The notes under the pieces were generated by a model. That model was not told the origin of the DNA. It searched no databases and saw only the letters and a list, made by a program, of their open reading frames with translations. The position numbers and the translations under genes were made by a program. Of a stretch of DNA of 64,000 nucleotides, positions 20,249 to 27,054 are shown piece by piece (within the stretch, counting starts at the first letter, position 1; every line of letters begins with the position of its first letter). Source of the stretch: a virus (lineage: Duplodnaviria > Caudoviricetes); the IMG/VR virus record IMGVR_UViG_3300010362_000012, positions 20,425 to 84,424 of that record. One strand, written 5' to 3'.

Positions 20249-20911
20249 TCACGTTCGAAGGGCCAAGACGCGCGCGTGACAGGCTTCGTCGTCGAGACAG
20301 GCGAGAAGCTGCCGGCCGAGGAATTCGGTATAGGCCGGCGGAATGGCTTCGTTCAGTTCCCGATCGGTCATCCAGTCGATGCCCATGGCGGCGCGCTTGA
20401 TCGCGCGCGAGCCGTTGCCGCGCACGTTATCGCCGCCATGGCCGGCAACCGTCACGTAGTCGCCGGTTGTCACGCGCCCGCGGTGTTGCGGATGGCGCGG
20501 CTGAAGCAGCAGGACGTTACTTTCGAACATCCGATGTCGGAGCACACGCAACCCGAACATCGCGCCGCAGAGCAGCACCTGTCGCGCGAGCGGCGCACCG
20601 ATCACGTTCTCGATGATGAAGGGCCGCCCGGTGTGCTCGAGCGCCTGGCGTGTCGGCTCGATGAGGTCCGCGCGCTCGATCTCACGCCAGCGTCGAGCGG
20701 ACCACGAGTAACGCTGACAGGGCGGGCTGGCATGAATCGCGTCGAACTCGTGCCCATGCCGCGCGACATATGCGAGCGCGTCATCCTGCACGAATTCGAA
20801 GGGGTAGCGTAGCTGCGACTGAATATCGACGCCGACGATGTCGTCGAAGCCGGCGCGATGATAGCCGACGGCAGCGCCGCCGGCGCCGCAGTAGAGATCA
20901 AGCAGTCTCAT
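20249..20911 (-). CDS. C5 cytosine DNA methyltransferase (mirror of 22666-23328)
   Basis: Mirror copy. Confidence 0.88.
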   Translation of the reverse strand: MRLLDLYCGAGGAAVGYHRAGFDDIVGVDIQSQLRYPFEFVQDDALAYVARHGHEFDAIHASPPCQRYSWSARRWREIERADLIEPTRQALEHTGRPFIIENVIGAPLARQVLLCGAMFGLRVLRHRMFESNVLLLQPRHPQHRGRVTTGDYVTVAGHGGDNVRGNGSRAIKRAAMGIDWMTDRELNEAIPPAYTEFLGRQLLACLDDEACHARVLALRT

Positions 20912-21077
20912 AGTTTCCGTGGTACGAGCTTGGGCGTACACGTGCAATCGCGTCCGAGGTCACAGTCGATCGCGTGAACCCACATCCGCCGCGGACCGCG
21001 CCGGCGCCCCTCACGATGATTGGTCGAGGTCTTCCTGCCCCGTCCAGCATCAACGCCGGCGCGGTCGAGCTTTTTCT

Positions 21078-21209
21078 TCACACGATTAGGGTGAGCGTGA
21101 GACACGCGAGCCCCGCTGCGATGAGATTGACCCTCGAGGGCACCGGCCACGCCGCGAGCAAGAACAAAACAAACGCGAGGACGTAGAGCACGAGATGCAG
21201 ATTCCGCAT
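21078..21209 (-). CDS. 43-aa two-TM peptide (mirror of 22368-22499)
   Basis: Mirror copy. Confidence 0.6.
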   Translation of the reverse strand: MRNLHLVLYVLAFVLFLLAAWPVPSRVNLIAAGLACLTLTLIV

Positions 21210-21221
21210 GTAAGCCTCACC

Positions 21222-21446
21222 TCAATGATGCAGGCCGGGTGTTTCGATCGCTGCCGTTGCCGCTTTCAAGTCGTGGTAGTGCTGTAACTCATCGGCAATC
21301 AGCTCGAGATACGCGTCGAGCGTCGCCGCCCACAAGAACAGGCCGTCCGCATCGATTGACAGCACGTCGTGCTGCGTGCGGGCCTGGCCGATAGCGCGAT
21401 ACATCTGATCGATAACGGCGCGAGCTTGCTGGTGCGGCGTCGGCAT
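21222..21446 (-). CDS. Hypothetical protein (mirror of 22131-22355)
   Basis: Mirror copy. Confidence 0.6.
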   Translation of the reverse strand: MPTPHQQARAVIDQMYRAIGQARTQHDVLSIDADGLFLWAATLDAYLELIADELQHYHDLKAATAAIETPGLHH

Positions 21447-21623
21447 ACGCACCCCTTTTTCAAGAAAACACTTGACAAACGATTTCGCTTGTACTCCAAA
21501 ACGCGGACGAGGCATACTCTGAATTGGACCGGACCAATTGCGATTGGACTGCAATCCAAACCAGTCCAATGCGCTAGCAGAGACAAGAGTGACATGTCAA
21601 GCAGAAAACGCGAGCTCCACGGG

Positions 21624-21673
21624 CGCCAAGCGGCTAAGCGTGCGCGCTCGAGTGGTCGCCAAGCGGCTAAGCG
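21624..21673 (+). repeat. Two 17-bp direct repeats CGCCAAGCGGCTAAGCG, 33-bp period (mirror 21904-21953)
   Basis: Exact copies at 21624-21640 and 21657-21673. Confidence 0.9.
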
Positions 21674-21753
21674 GTTGCACGCCCTGGCACGCCGAGGGAT
21701 CGCGAGAATCGGAGTGTGCAGCCCCGTGCGGTGGAGCGTCAGAGAGAGCAGGC

Positions 21754-21783
21754 TTGACGAAGAAGCTGGGACCATGATATTTT
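21754..21783 (+). promoter_or_regulatory. Sigma70-like promoter aimed at the axis (mirror on minus strand 21794-21823)
   Basis: TTGACG-N18-TATTTT with TGn extension; predicted +1 near 21789-21791. Confidence 0.5.
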
Positions 21784-22006
21784 GGAGGCCTCCAAAATAT
21801 CATGGTCCCAGCTTCTTCGTCAAGCCTGCTCTCTCTGACGCTCCACCGCACGGGGCTGCACACTCCGATTCTCGCGATCCCTCGGCGTGCCAGGGCGTGC
21901 AACCGCTTAGCCGCTTGGCGACCACTCGAGCGCGCACGCTTAGCCGCTTGGCGCCCGTGGAGCTCGCGTTTTCTGCTTGACATGTCACTCTTGTCTCTGC
22001 TAGCGC

Positions 22007-22055
22007 ATTGGACTGGTTTGGATTGCAGTCCAATCGCAATTGGTCCGGTCCAATT
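22007..22055. promoter_or_regulatory. Adjacent inverted repeats, operator-like (mirror 21522-21570)
   Basis: ATTGGACTG-N10-CAGTCCAAT followed by AATTGG-N6-CCAATT. Confidence 0.55.
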
Positions 22056-22130
22056 CAGAGTATGCCTCGTCCGCGTTTTGGAGTACAAGCGAAATCGTTT
22101 GTCAAGTGTTTTCTTGAAAAAGGGGTGCGT

Positions 22131-22355
22131 ATGCCGACGCCGCACCAGCAAGCTCGCGCCGTTATCGATCAGATGTATCGCGCTATCGGCCAGGCCCGCA
22201 CGCAGCACGACGTGCTGTCAATCGATGCGGACGGCCTGTTCTTGTGGGCGGCGACGCTCGACGCGTATCTCGAGCTGATTGCCGATGAGTTACAGCACTA
22301 CCACGACTTGAAAGCGGCAACGGCAGCGATCGAAACACCCGGCCTGCATCATTGA
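22131..22355 (+). CDS. Hypothetical protein (74 aa), first gene from the axis
   Basis: AAAAGGGG RBS-like sequence before ATG 22131; helical amphipathic sequence. Confidence 0.6.
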   Translation: MPTPHQQARAVIDQMYRAIGQARTQHDVLSIDADGLFLWAATLDAYLELIADELQHYHDLKAATAAIETPGLHH

Positions 22356-22367
22356 GGTGAGGCTTAC

Positions 22368-22499
22368 ATGCGGAATCTGCATCTCGTGCTCTACGTCCTC
22401 GCGTTTGTTTTGTTCTTGCTCGCGGCGTGGCCGGTGCCCTCGAGGGTCAATCTCATCGCAGCGGGGCTCGCGTGTCTCACGCTCACCCTAATCGTGTGA
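22368..22499 (+). CDS. 43-aa membrane peptide, two hydrophobic segments
   Basis: MRNLHLVLYVLAFVLFLLAAWPVPSRVNLIAAGLACLTLTLIV; GAGGTGAGG RBS; below ORF-track cutoff. Confidence 0.6.
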   Translation: MRNLHLVLYVLAFVLFLLAAWPVPSRVNLIAAGLACLTLTLIV

Positions 22500-22665
22500 A
22501 GAAAAAGCTCGACCGCGCCGGCGTTGATGCTGGACGGGGCAGGAAGACCTCGACCAATCATCGTGAGGGGCGCCGGCGCGGTCCGCGGCGGATGTGGGTT
22601 CACGCGATCGACTGTGACCTCGGACGCGATTGCACGTGTACGCCCAAGCTCGTACCACGGAAACT

Positions 22666-23328
22666 ATGAGACTGCTTGATCTCTACTGCGGCGCCGGCGG
22701 CGCTGCCGTCGGCTATCATCGCGCCGGCTTCGACGACATCGTCGGCGTCGATATTCAGTCGCAGCTACGCTACCCCTTCGAATTCGTGCAGGATGACGCG
22801 CTCGCATATGTCGCGCGGCATGGGCACGAGTTCGACGCGATTCATGCCAGCCCGCCCTGTCAGCGTTACTCGTGGTCCGCTCGACGCTGGCGTGAGATCG
22901 AGCGCGCGGACCTCATCGAGCCGACACGCCAGGCGCTCGAGCACACCGGGCGGCCCTTCATCATCGAGAACGTGATCGGTGCGCCGCTCGCGCGACAGGT
23001 GCTGCTCTGCGGCGCGATGTTCGGGTTGCGTGTGCTCCGACATCGGATGTTCGAAAGTAACGTCCTGCTGCTTCAGCCGCGCCATCCGCAACACCGCGGG
23101 CGCGTGACAACCGGCGACTACGTGACGGTTGCCGGCCATGGCGGCGATAACGTGCGCGGCAACGGCTCGCGCGCGATCAAGCGCGCCGCCATGGGCATCG
23201 ACTGGATGACCGATCGGGAACTGAACGAAGCCATTCCGCCGGCCTATACCGAATTCCTCGGCCGGCAGCTTCTCGCCTGTCTCGACGACGAAGCCTGTCA
23301 CGCGCGCGTCTTGGCCCTTCGAACGTGA
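22666..23328 (+). CDS. Orphan C5 cytosine DNA methyltransferase
   Basis: Motif I LDLYCGAGG, motif IV HASPPCQ, motif VI IIENV, RHR, C-terminal EAIPPAYTEFLG. Confidence 0.88.
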   Translation: MRLLDLYCGAGGAAVGYHRAGFDDIVGVDIQSQLRYPFEFVQDDALAYVARHGHEFDAIHASPPCQRYSWSARRWREIERADLIEPTRQALEHTGRPFIIENVIGAPLARQVLLCGAMFGLRVLRHRMFESNVLLLQPRHPQHRGRVTTGDYVTVAGHGGDNVRGNGSRAIKRAAMGIDWMTDRELNEAIPPAYTEFLGRQLLACLDDEACHARVLALRT

Positions 23329-23341
23329 AAGCGAGAATGCA

Positions 23342-23560
23342 ATGCCAGCACCATCAAAAGCCTCGCAGCGATTGTTTCAGGCCGCCAAGGCGGGAGCTGA
23401 CTTCCCGATGGCGCGCCAAGTACGCGCGAGCATGTCCGACAGCGACTTGGAGGACTTCGCTTCCGGTTCGATGGCCGGGAAACCCGAACATGTGCGCTCG
23501 AGCAAACCGGCAGCGGCGCATTCGCTCCGCAATCTGAAGAAGCGGATCCATGGCAAGTGA
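23342..23560 (+). CDS. DUF3008-like small protein
   Basis: MPAxSKAxQ start and SMSDSDLEDFAS...GKPEHV match my recollection of the DUF3008 pattern. Confidence 0.65.
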   Translation: MPAPSKASQRLFQAAKAGADFPMARQVRASMSDSDLEDFASGSMAGKPEHVRSSKPAAAHSLRNLKKRIHGK

Positions 23561-23744
23561 CTTGAAGGGGTTCGTCGTCGGTGCCAAAGAACCCCCGCCA
23601 CCCTGGGACGCTGTCGAGCGCCGCGTCGGCCCAGCCGATCGCCGCTCGAATGGACACGATCGTCGATGGGACGCGTCCATTGGACGGCGCCGCGGAAGGA
23701 TGGATCGTCGGAAAAATGCCTCGAATGCGCGCTGGCGACCGTAA
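23550..23744 (+). CDS. 64-aa peptide with repeated ERR/DRR motifs
   Basis: ERRVGPADRRSNGHDRR...MDRRK; overlaps the upstream stop. Confidence 0.45.
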   Translation: MASDLKGFVVGAKEPPPPWDAVERRVGPADRRSNGHDRRWDASIGRRRGRMDRRKNASNARWRP

Positions 23745-24018
23745 GCGTTCCAACAGACAGCGTCGTCGATCCCAACATCGGCTGCGGACGCTCCTCGTCT
23801 GTGATGGCGTCCATCAACTGCTCGCGGTTGCCGGCGCGAATGTCAACGTCGCGGTGATTCGACGCTGGTCAGCGCGGCAGCGCGTCGAAGCGGTCGCGTG
23901 GGCGCAGGCCCAAATTGCCGCCTGGGCGAAAGACAAATCGGGTTGGCGGACGTCGGTCTACTGGCCGGAGCACGTCTCGCAGGCCCATCACCGCATCACG
24001 TCATCGGCAGCGGTTTGA
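23716..24018 (+). CDS. Hypothetical basic protein
   Basis: In-frame ATG inside ORF 23581-24018; start uncertain. Confidence 0.4.
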   Translation: MPRMRAGDRKRSNRQRRRSQHRLRTLLVCDGVHQLLAVAGANVNVAVIRRWSARQRVEAVAWAQAQIAAWAKDKSGWRTSVYWPEHVSQAHHRITSSAAV

Positions 24019-24265
24019 TCCGCGCACACTGCATACAAATCTTCGGCACGTCCTGATGCGGTCCCTTCGGGTTGAAGGCGATCGGCGCCGCGCAGCGATT
24101 GCAGATCGTGGTCGCCGCGCCGGCCGGCAGCGAGATATCGTAGTCGGCCACGCGCCGGCAGACGACGTGATCCGGGCGTCCTGGCGGCGCCGGCTCGAGC
24201 GGCCCGCCGCCGTGGCGCACACCGTAGTAGTTGCCCGCGTGAACGTCTGTCGGCCGCTTCTTCAT
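23996..24265 (-). CDS. Zn-binding hypothetical protein
   Basis: CNRC...CMQC; ATGA coupling. Confidence 0.6.
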   Translation of the reverse strand: MKKRPTDVHAGNYYGVRHGGGPLEPAPPGRPDHVVCRRVADYDISLPAGAATTICNRCAAPIAFNPKGPHQDVPKICMQCARIKPLPMT

Positions 24266-24495
24266 CCGAGCAACATTCCGAGATGCACGTATAGGAATTC
24301 GCGTGGCGTCCGATCCGCTCGATCACGATCGCTGTAGTACATGCGCAGGCACACCTTCAGCATCATGGGATCGGTTGTGTGCATGATGTCGATCAACGCC
24401 TTGCGATCCTCTGGTCGCAACGTATCAGATTCGAGCGCGGCGGCGATCTCGTCCACCGCCTGGGCCATCCGTTCAGGGCGATTCATGACGGCCAC
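24262..24495 (-). CDS. Hypothetical protein
   Basis: Overlapping-operon context. Confidence 0.6.
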   Translation of the reverse strand: MAVMNRPERMAQAVDEIAAALESDTLRPEDRKALIDIMHTTDPMMLKVCLRMYYSDRDRADRTPREFLYVHLGMLLG

Positions 24496-24917
24496 GAGAT
24501 GCCGCGCGTCCCCTGACGGAGCTCGCGCAGATCGATCAGTACCATGCCGGCGCGCTCGACGTCGATGCCGACTTTCTCGCGCAGCAGTTTCACGAATATT
24601 TCGTCCGATGTCGCGGCCTCGGCGGCCTCGAGCAGCATCAGTCCAACCTCGCGCGCCTTCGCCGGCGGCATCTGCGACCGTTGTTCGTTCAGCGTGAATT
24701 CCACATAGCCCTTCTGCGTCTTCTGCCCGTAGCTCGAGCTCACCGTGATGGAATCCACCTCGGGTTCTTCATCTGTCGTGACCTCGACCTCGCGGATGTT
24801 ACGTGCCGCCAGGACCGCTTCAGCCTGCTGCCGGAAGGCCTCAATCACGCGATTCGGCGCGCTCGTCACCTTGAGCATCGCCACGACTTCGTCGAGAATG
24901 AGCAGCGGCTTCGCCAT
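24483..24917 (-). CDS. Hypothetical protein
   Basis: Abuts upstream stop; normal composition. Confidence 0.7.
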   Translation of the reverse strand: MAKPLLILDEVVAMLKVTSAPNRVIEAFRQQAEAVLAARNIREVEVTTDEEPEVDSITVSSSYGQKTQKGYVEFTLNEQRSQMPPAKAREVGLMLLEAAEAATSDEIFVKLLREKVGIDVERAGMVLIDLRELRQGTRGISWPS

Positions 24918-25373
24918 TTACGGTGTCCCCGCCGGCAGGAGGCGTGACACGTCGAACGTGCCGGCCTGGATGCGGGGCACCAAAATCTCGCCGACCGTCT
25001 GGTTCGACCCCGGCACGACGATGAACGCCATGAATTCCTCTTCGAAGATCGAGATGCCGGCCTCGACCGCCTCGAGCTTCGCACGGACGATGAGATAGAG
25101 CGCCCGCCAGCGCTGCCGTTCCGCCTGGTCGATCGCGTCGTCGATTTGCCGCGGCGTCCGCGTGCGGCCCGCCGGCGAGCGCGCGTGATCTTTCCGAGCG
25201 GGCCGCGGCAGCACGAATCGGATCTGTTTGCCCTTCCAGCCGAATTCGATGATGTCCCTCGTCGAGTCCCACCCGGTGTGATACTGCTCGGCACCATGCT
25301 GCCGCAGCAGGCCTTCGATCTCGCGTTTGCTCTTATCGACGTTGACCGTCGTCGTGCTCGCGTAGCGGCTCAT
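24918..25373 (-). CDS. Conserved phage hypothetical protein
   Basis: MSRYA..T.V...SK.EIE..L..HGA and RWRAL.L..KAKLEAVE.GI..FEEEF family pattern; ATGA coupling. Confidence 0.75.
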   Translation of the reverse strand: MSRYASTTTVNVDKSKREIEGLLRQHGAEQYHTGWDSTRDIIEFGWKGKQIRFVLPRPARKDHARSPAGRTRTPRQIDDAIDQAERQRWRALYLIVRAKLEAVEAGISIFEEEFMAFIVVPGSNQTVGEILVPRIQAGTFDVSRLLPAGTP

Positions 25374-25594
25374 TGACGGCCGAGCGACTGATAGAACGCC
25401 AGGTTGTCGGCACGCTCGGCCGCGGACGTTGCCCAACGCACGTTGCCCGGCCCGAACCAGCGTTGCGTGCGGTCAAGCATCGTCAACCAACTCAGGGCGT
25501 CCCAGTCGGCGTCGGTCAACGGTTCGTCCGCGGCGAACTTCCTCATCGCCACCCAGGTCTGTCGCATCGCATGTTGGTCAGCCGATTCGGGCAT
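25370..25594 (-). CDS. Hypothetical protein
   Basis: GAGG RBS; coupled to next gene. Confidence 0.6.
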   Translation of the reverse strand: MPESADQHAMRQTWVAMRKFAADEPLTDADWDALSWLTMLDRTQRWFGPGNVRWATSAAERADNLAFYQSLGRQ

Positions 25595-25605
25595 CGTCGG
25601 TCACC

Positions 25606-25860
25606 TCATCTCTCTGCGCGCTGTGCTTTCCAGTAGGCGCGCATCCGTTTCGATATCGCCTTACGCGCGGCGGCCGACATGCGGCGGGGCCGCTGCTTCT
25701 TCGGCGTGGCGACCTTGGCCGCGGCGGCGTGGCCGTTCGGCGCGACACTCGCACGGGCTGATTCCAGAATACCGAGCGCGGTTCGCAGCTTGTCGAGCTC
25801 GTCCTGGCGCACTTCAATCTCGGCATTGAGCGCCGCCACCGACGGGTTCACCTCACTCAT
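25606..25860 (-). CDS. Coiled-coil plus basic tail, nucleoid-associated/H-NS-like protein
   Basis: N-terminal heptads; C-terminal RRMSAAARKAISKRMRAYW; AGGAG RBS. Confidence 0.65.
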   Translation of the reverse strand: MSEVNPSVAALNAEIEVRQDELDKLRTALGILESARASVAPNGHAAAAKVATPKKQRPRRMSAAARKAISKRMRAYWKAQRAER

Positions 25861-26030
25861 GTATTCGCTCCTTCTTTGTCATCACGCGCCCGCCGCACGA
25901 TGTCGGCAAGCTGCAGCCGCAAATAATCCGACGGCGTGCGCTGCGCTTTGCGCGCCAGTCGGAACAGGTCATCACGCAAGCGGCGCGGGCCGCGCACGGA
26001 AATCGTCACCGTCGATCGAGATTTCGCCAT
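25857..26030 (-). CDS. Ribbon-helix-helix (CopG/Arc-like) regulator
   Basis: TVTISVR beta strand, then LRDDLFRLARK...TPSDYLR helices. Confidence 0.7.
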   Translation of the reverse strand: MAKSRSTVTISVRGPRRLRDDLFRLARKAQRTPSDYLRLQLADIVRRARDDKEGANT

Positions 26031-26041
26031 GAGGCTGACTA

Positions 26042-26061
26042 GTGTAGACAACTGTCTACAC
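26042..26061. promoter_or_regulatory. 20-bp palindromic operator between divergent promoters
   Basis: GTGTAGACA-AC-TGTCTACAC; leftward TTGTCA-N18-TACACT; rightward TTGACA at 26064. Confidence 0.7.
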
Positions 26062-26155
26062 GGTTGACAAGTGTTACGGGATCTGCCCTACTACGCCTCT
26101 GCGGGTGCTTTCCAGTGGCTGCCCAGCCCACCGCCCGCGTCAGAAGGAGTCCGAC

Positions 26156-26581
26156 ATGGACTCAGTCACAGTCGAGGTATTGGCGGCTCTCGGCCTCTAT
26201 CCACGTGGAACAGTTTCACGTTCCACATTTCAGCGGCGCAGGCCGCGACGGGTGAAGACGGGTATCTCTCCGCTCTGTTCGAAGTGCGGCGAGGACAACG
26301 ATCGTCCTGGGCAGCGGTACTGTCGCGCCTGCCACAACGAATATGCCCGCGCGACGCGACCGAAGCACTCCGAGTTGGATCCCGAAGCTCGGCGCCGTGC
26401 GAATTGCCGTCGTCTGACAAATTCTCATCTCGCTCGCGGGAAGCTCGAGCGCCGGCCGTGCGCGTGCGGCTCGATGGACGAACTGCAGGTTCGCCAACTT
26501 GGTGATTACAGCGACCCGTTCGACGTCGAGTTCATTTGCAAGACGTGTCGAACGGGCGTACGCCATGTCGCCGCAGCTTGA
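26156..26581 (+). CDS. Zn-finger protein with degenerate HNH-like C-terminus
   Basis: CSKC...CRAC; RPCACG...DYSDPFDVEFICKTC resembles the DYSKPLDV.WLC..CH HNH family; AAGGAG RBS. Confidence 0.6.
   Translation: MDSVTVEVLAALGLYPRGTVSRSTFQRRRPRRVKTGISPLCSKCGEDNDRPGQRYCRACHNEYARATRPKHSELDPEARRRANCRRLTNSHLARGKLERRPCACGSMDELQVRQLGDYSDPFDVEFICKTCRTGVRHVAAA
26197..26227. promoter_or_regulatory. Tandem parS-like sites
   Basis: CTATCCACGTGGAACA (13/16) and AGTTTCACGTTCCACA (12/16) vs TGTTNCACGTGNAACA. Confidence 0.4.
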
Positions 26582-26601
26582 TGGGTGTTCCGGCAGGAAC
26601 G

Positions 26602-26683
26602 TGATACAGTAGAGCGAGGCAACTGACGTGATGAGACGTCAGCCGCCTCTAACCACGAACCGGCACATAGGAGGTGCCGACAG
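26602..26683 (+). promoter_or_regulatory. Extended -10 promoter and structured 5' leader of the lipoprotein gene
   Basis: TGA-TACAGT; hairpins CTGACGT-N6-ACGTCAG and CGGCAC-ATAGGAG-GTGCCG. Confidence 0.55.
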
Positions 26684-27052
26684 ATGGCTGACCCTAAGCA
26701 TACTCGCGTCTTCGTTTCTTTCACGTTGGCGGCTGCACTCGTCCTCAGTGCGTGCGGCGGATCGTCTCCGACAGCACCTACAACCCCCCCCGTGCCAGCC
26801 ACTCCTGCGTGCCAAGCGAATAACACCGCGGAGATCACATTTCGCAACGGCACCAATCTGACGTTGAATGTCCAGTGGGACGGTTCTCTCGTCAGCACAC
26901 TCGGACCCAGTCAGCAGTCGCAGTCGATGACGGTTGCGGCTGGTGTGCAGCACCGCGACGCGTTCATCGTCGCGAATACAGGCTTGACGTTCTGCGCGGG
27001 CACGCCAGTCCTGGCGCAGTGCTCTTCGATCGTCATCACCTGCACACCGTAG
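26684..27052 (+). CDS. Lipoprotein (moron-like; possible superinfection exclusion)
   Basis: Signal peptide with lipobox LSAC, then GGSSPTAPT linker and beta-rich domain. Confidence 0.8.
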   Translation: MADPKHTRVFVSFTLAAALVLSACGGSSPTAPTTPPVPATPACQANNTAEITFRNGTNLTLNVQWDGSLVSTLGPSQQSQSMTVAAGVQHRDAFIVANTGLTFCAGTPVLAQCSSIVITCTP

Positions 27053-27054
27053 TC

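Larger units (their letters stand above)
21447..22130. other. Non-coding fold-back centre; candidate hairpin telomere or replicated telomere junction
   Basis: Axis GGAGG|CCTCC lies in intergenic DNA with direct and inverted repeats; no credible gene is broken. Confidence 0.6.

Noticed and set aside
21770-21807. CATGATATT resembles the Agrobacterium TelA site as I recall it
   Set aside because: In TelA that motif spans the axis; here it is about 10 bp off-axis and the centre is AGG|CCT. It also does not resemble the N15 TATACGC|GCGTATA centre.
22080-22105. Second tip-facing promoter at TTGACA (minus strand 22105-22100)
   Set aside because: No TANNNT hexamer at 16-18-bp spacing.
21369-22208. 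203-aa ORFs crossing the axis on both strands
   Set aside because: Products of the palindrome; no RBS, low-complexity Arg-rich translation, overlap regulatory repeats.
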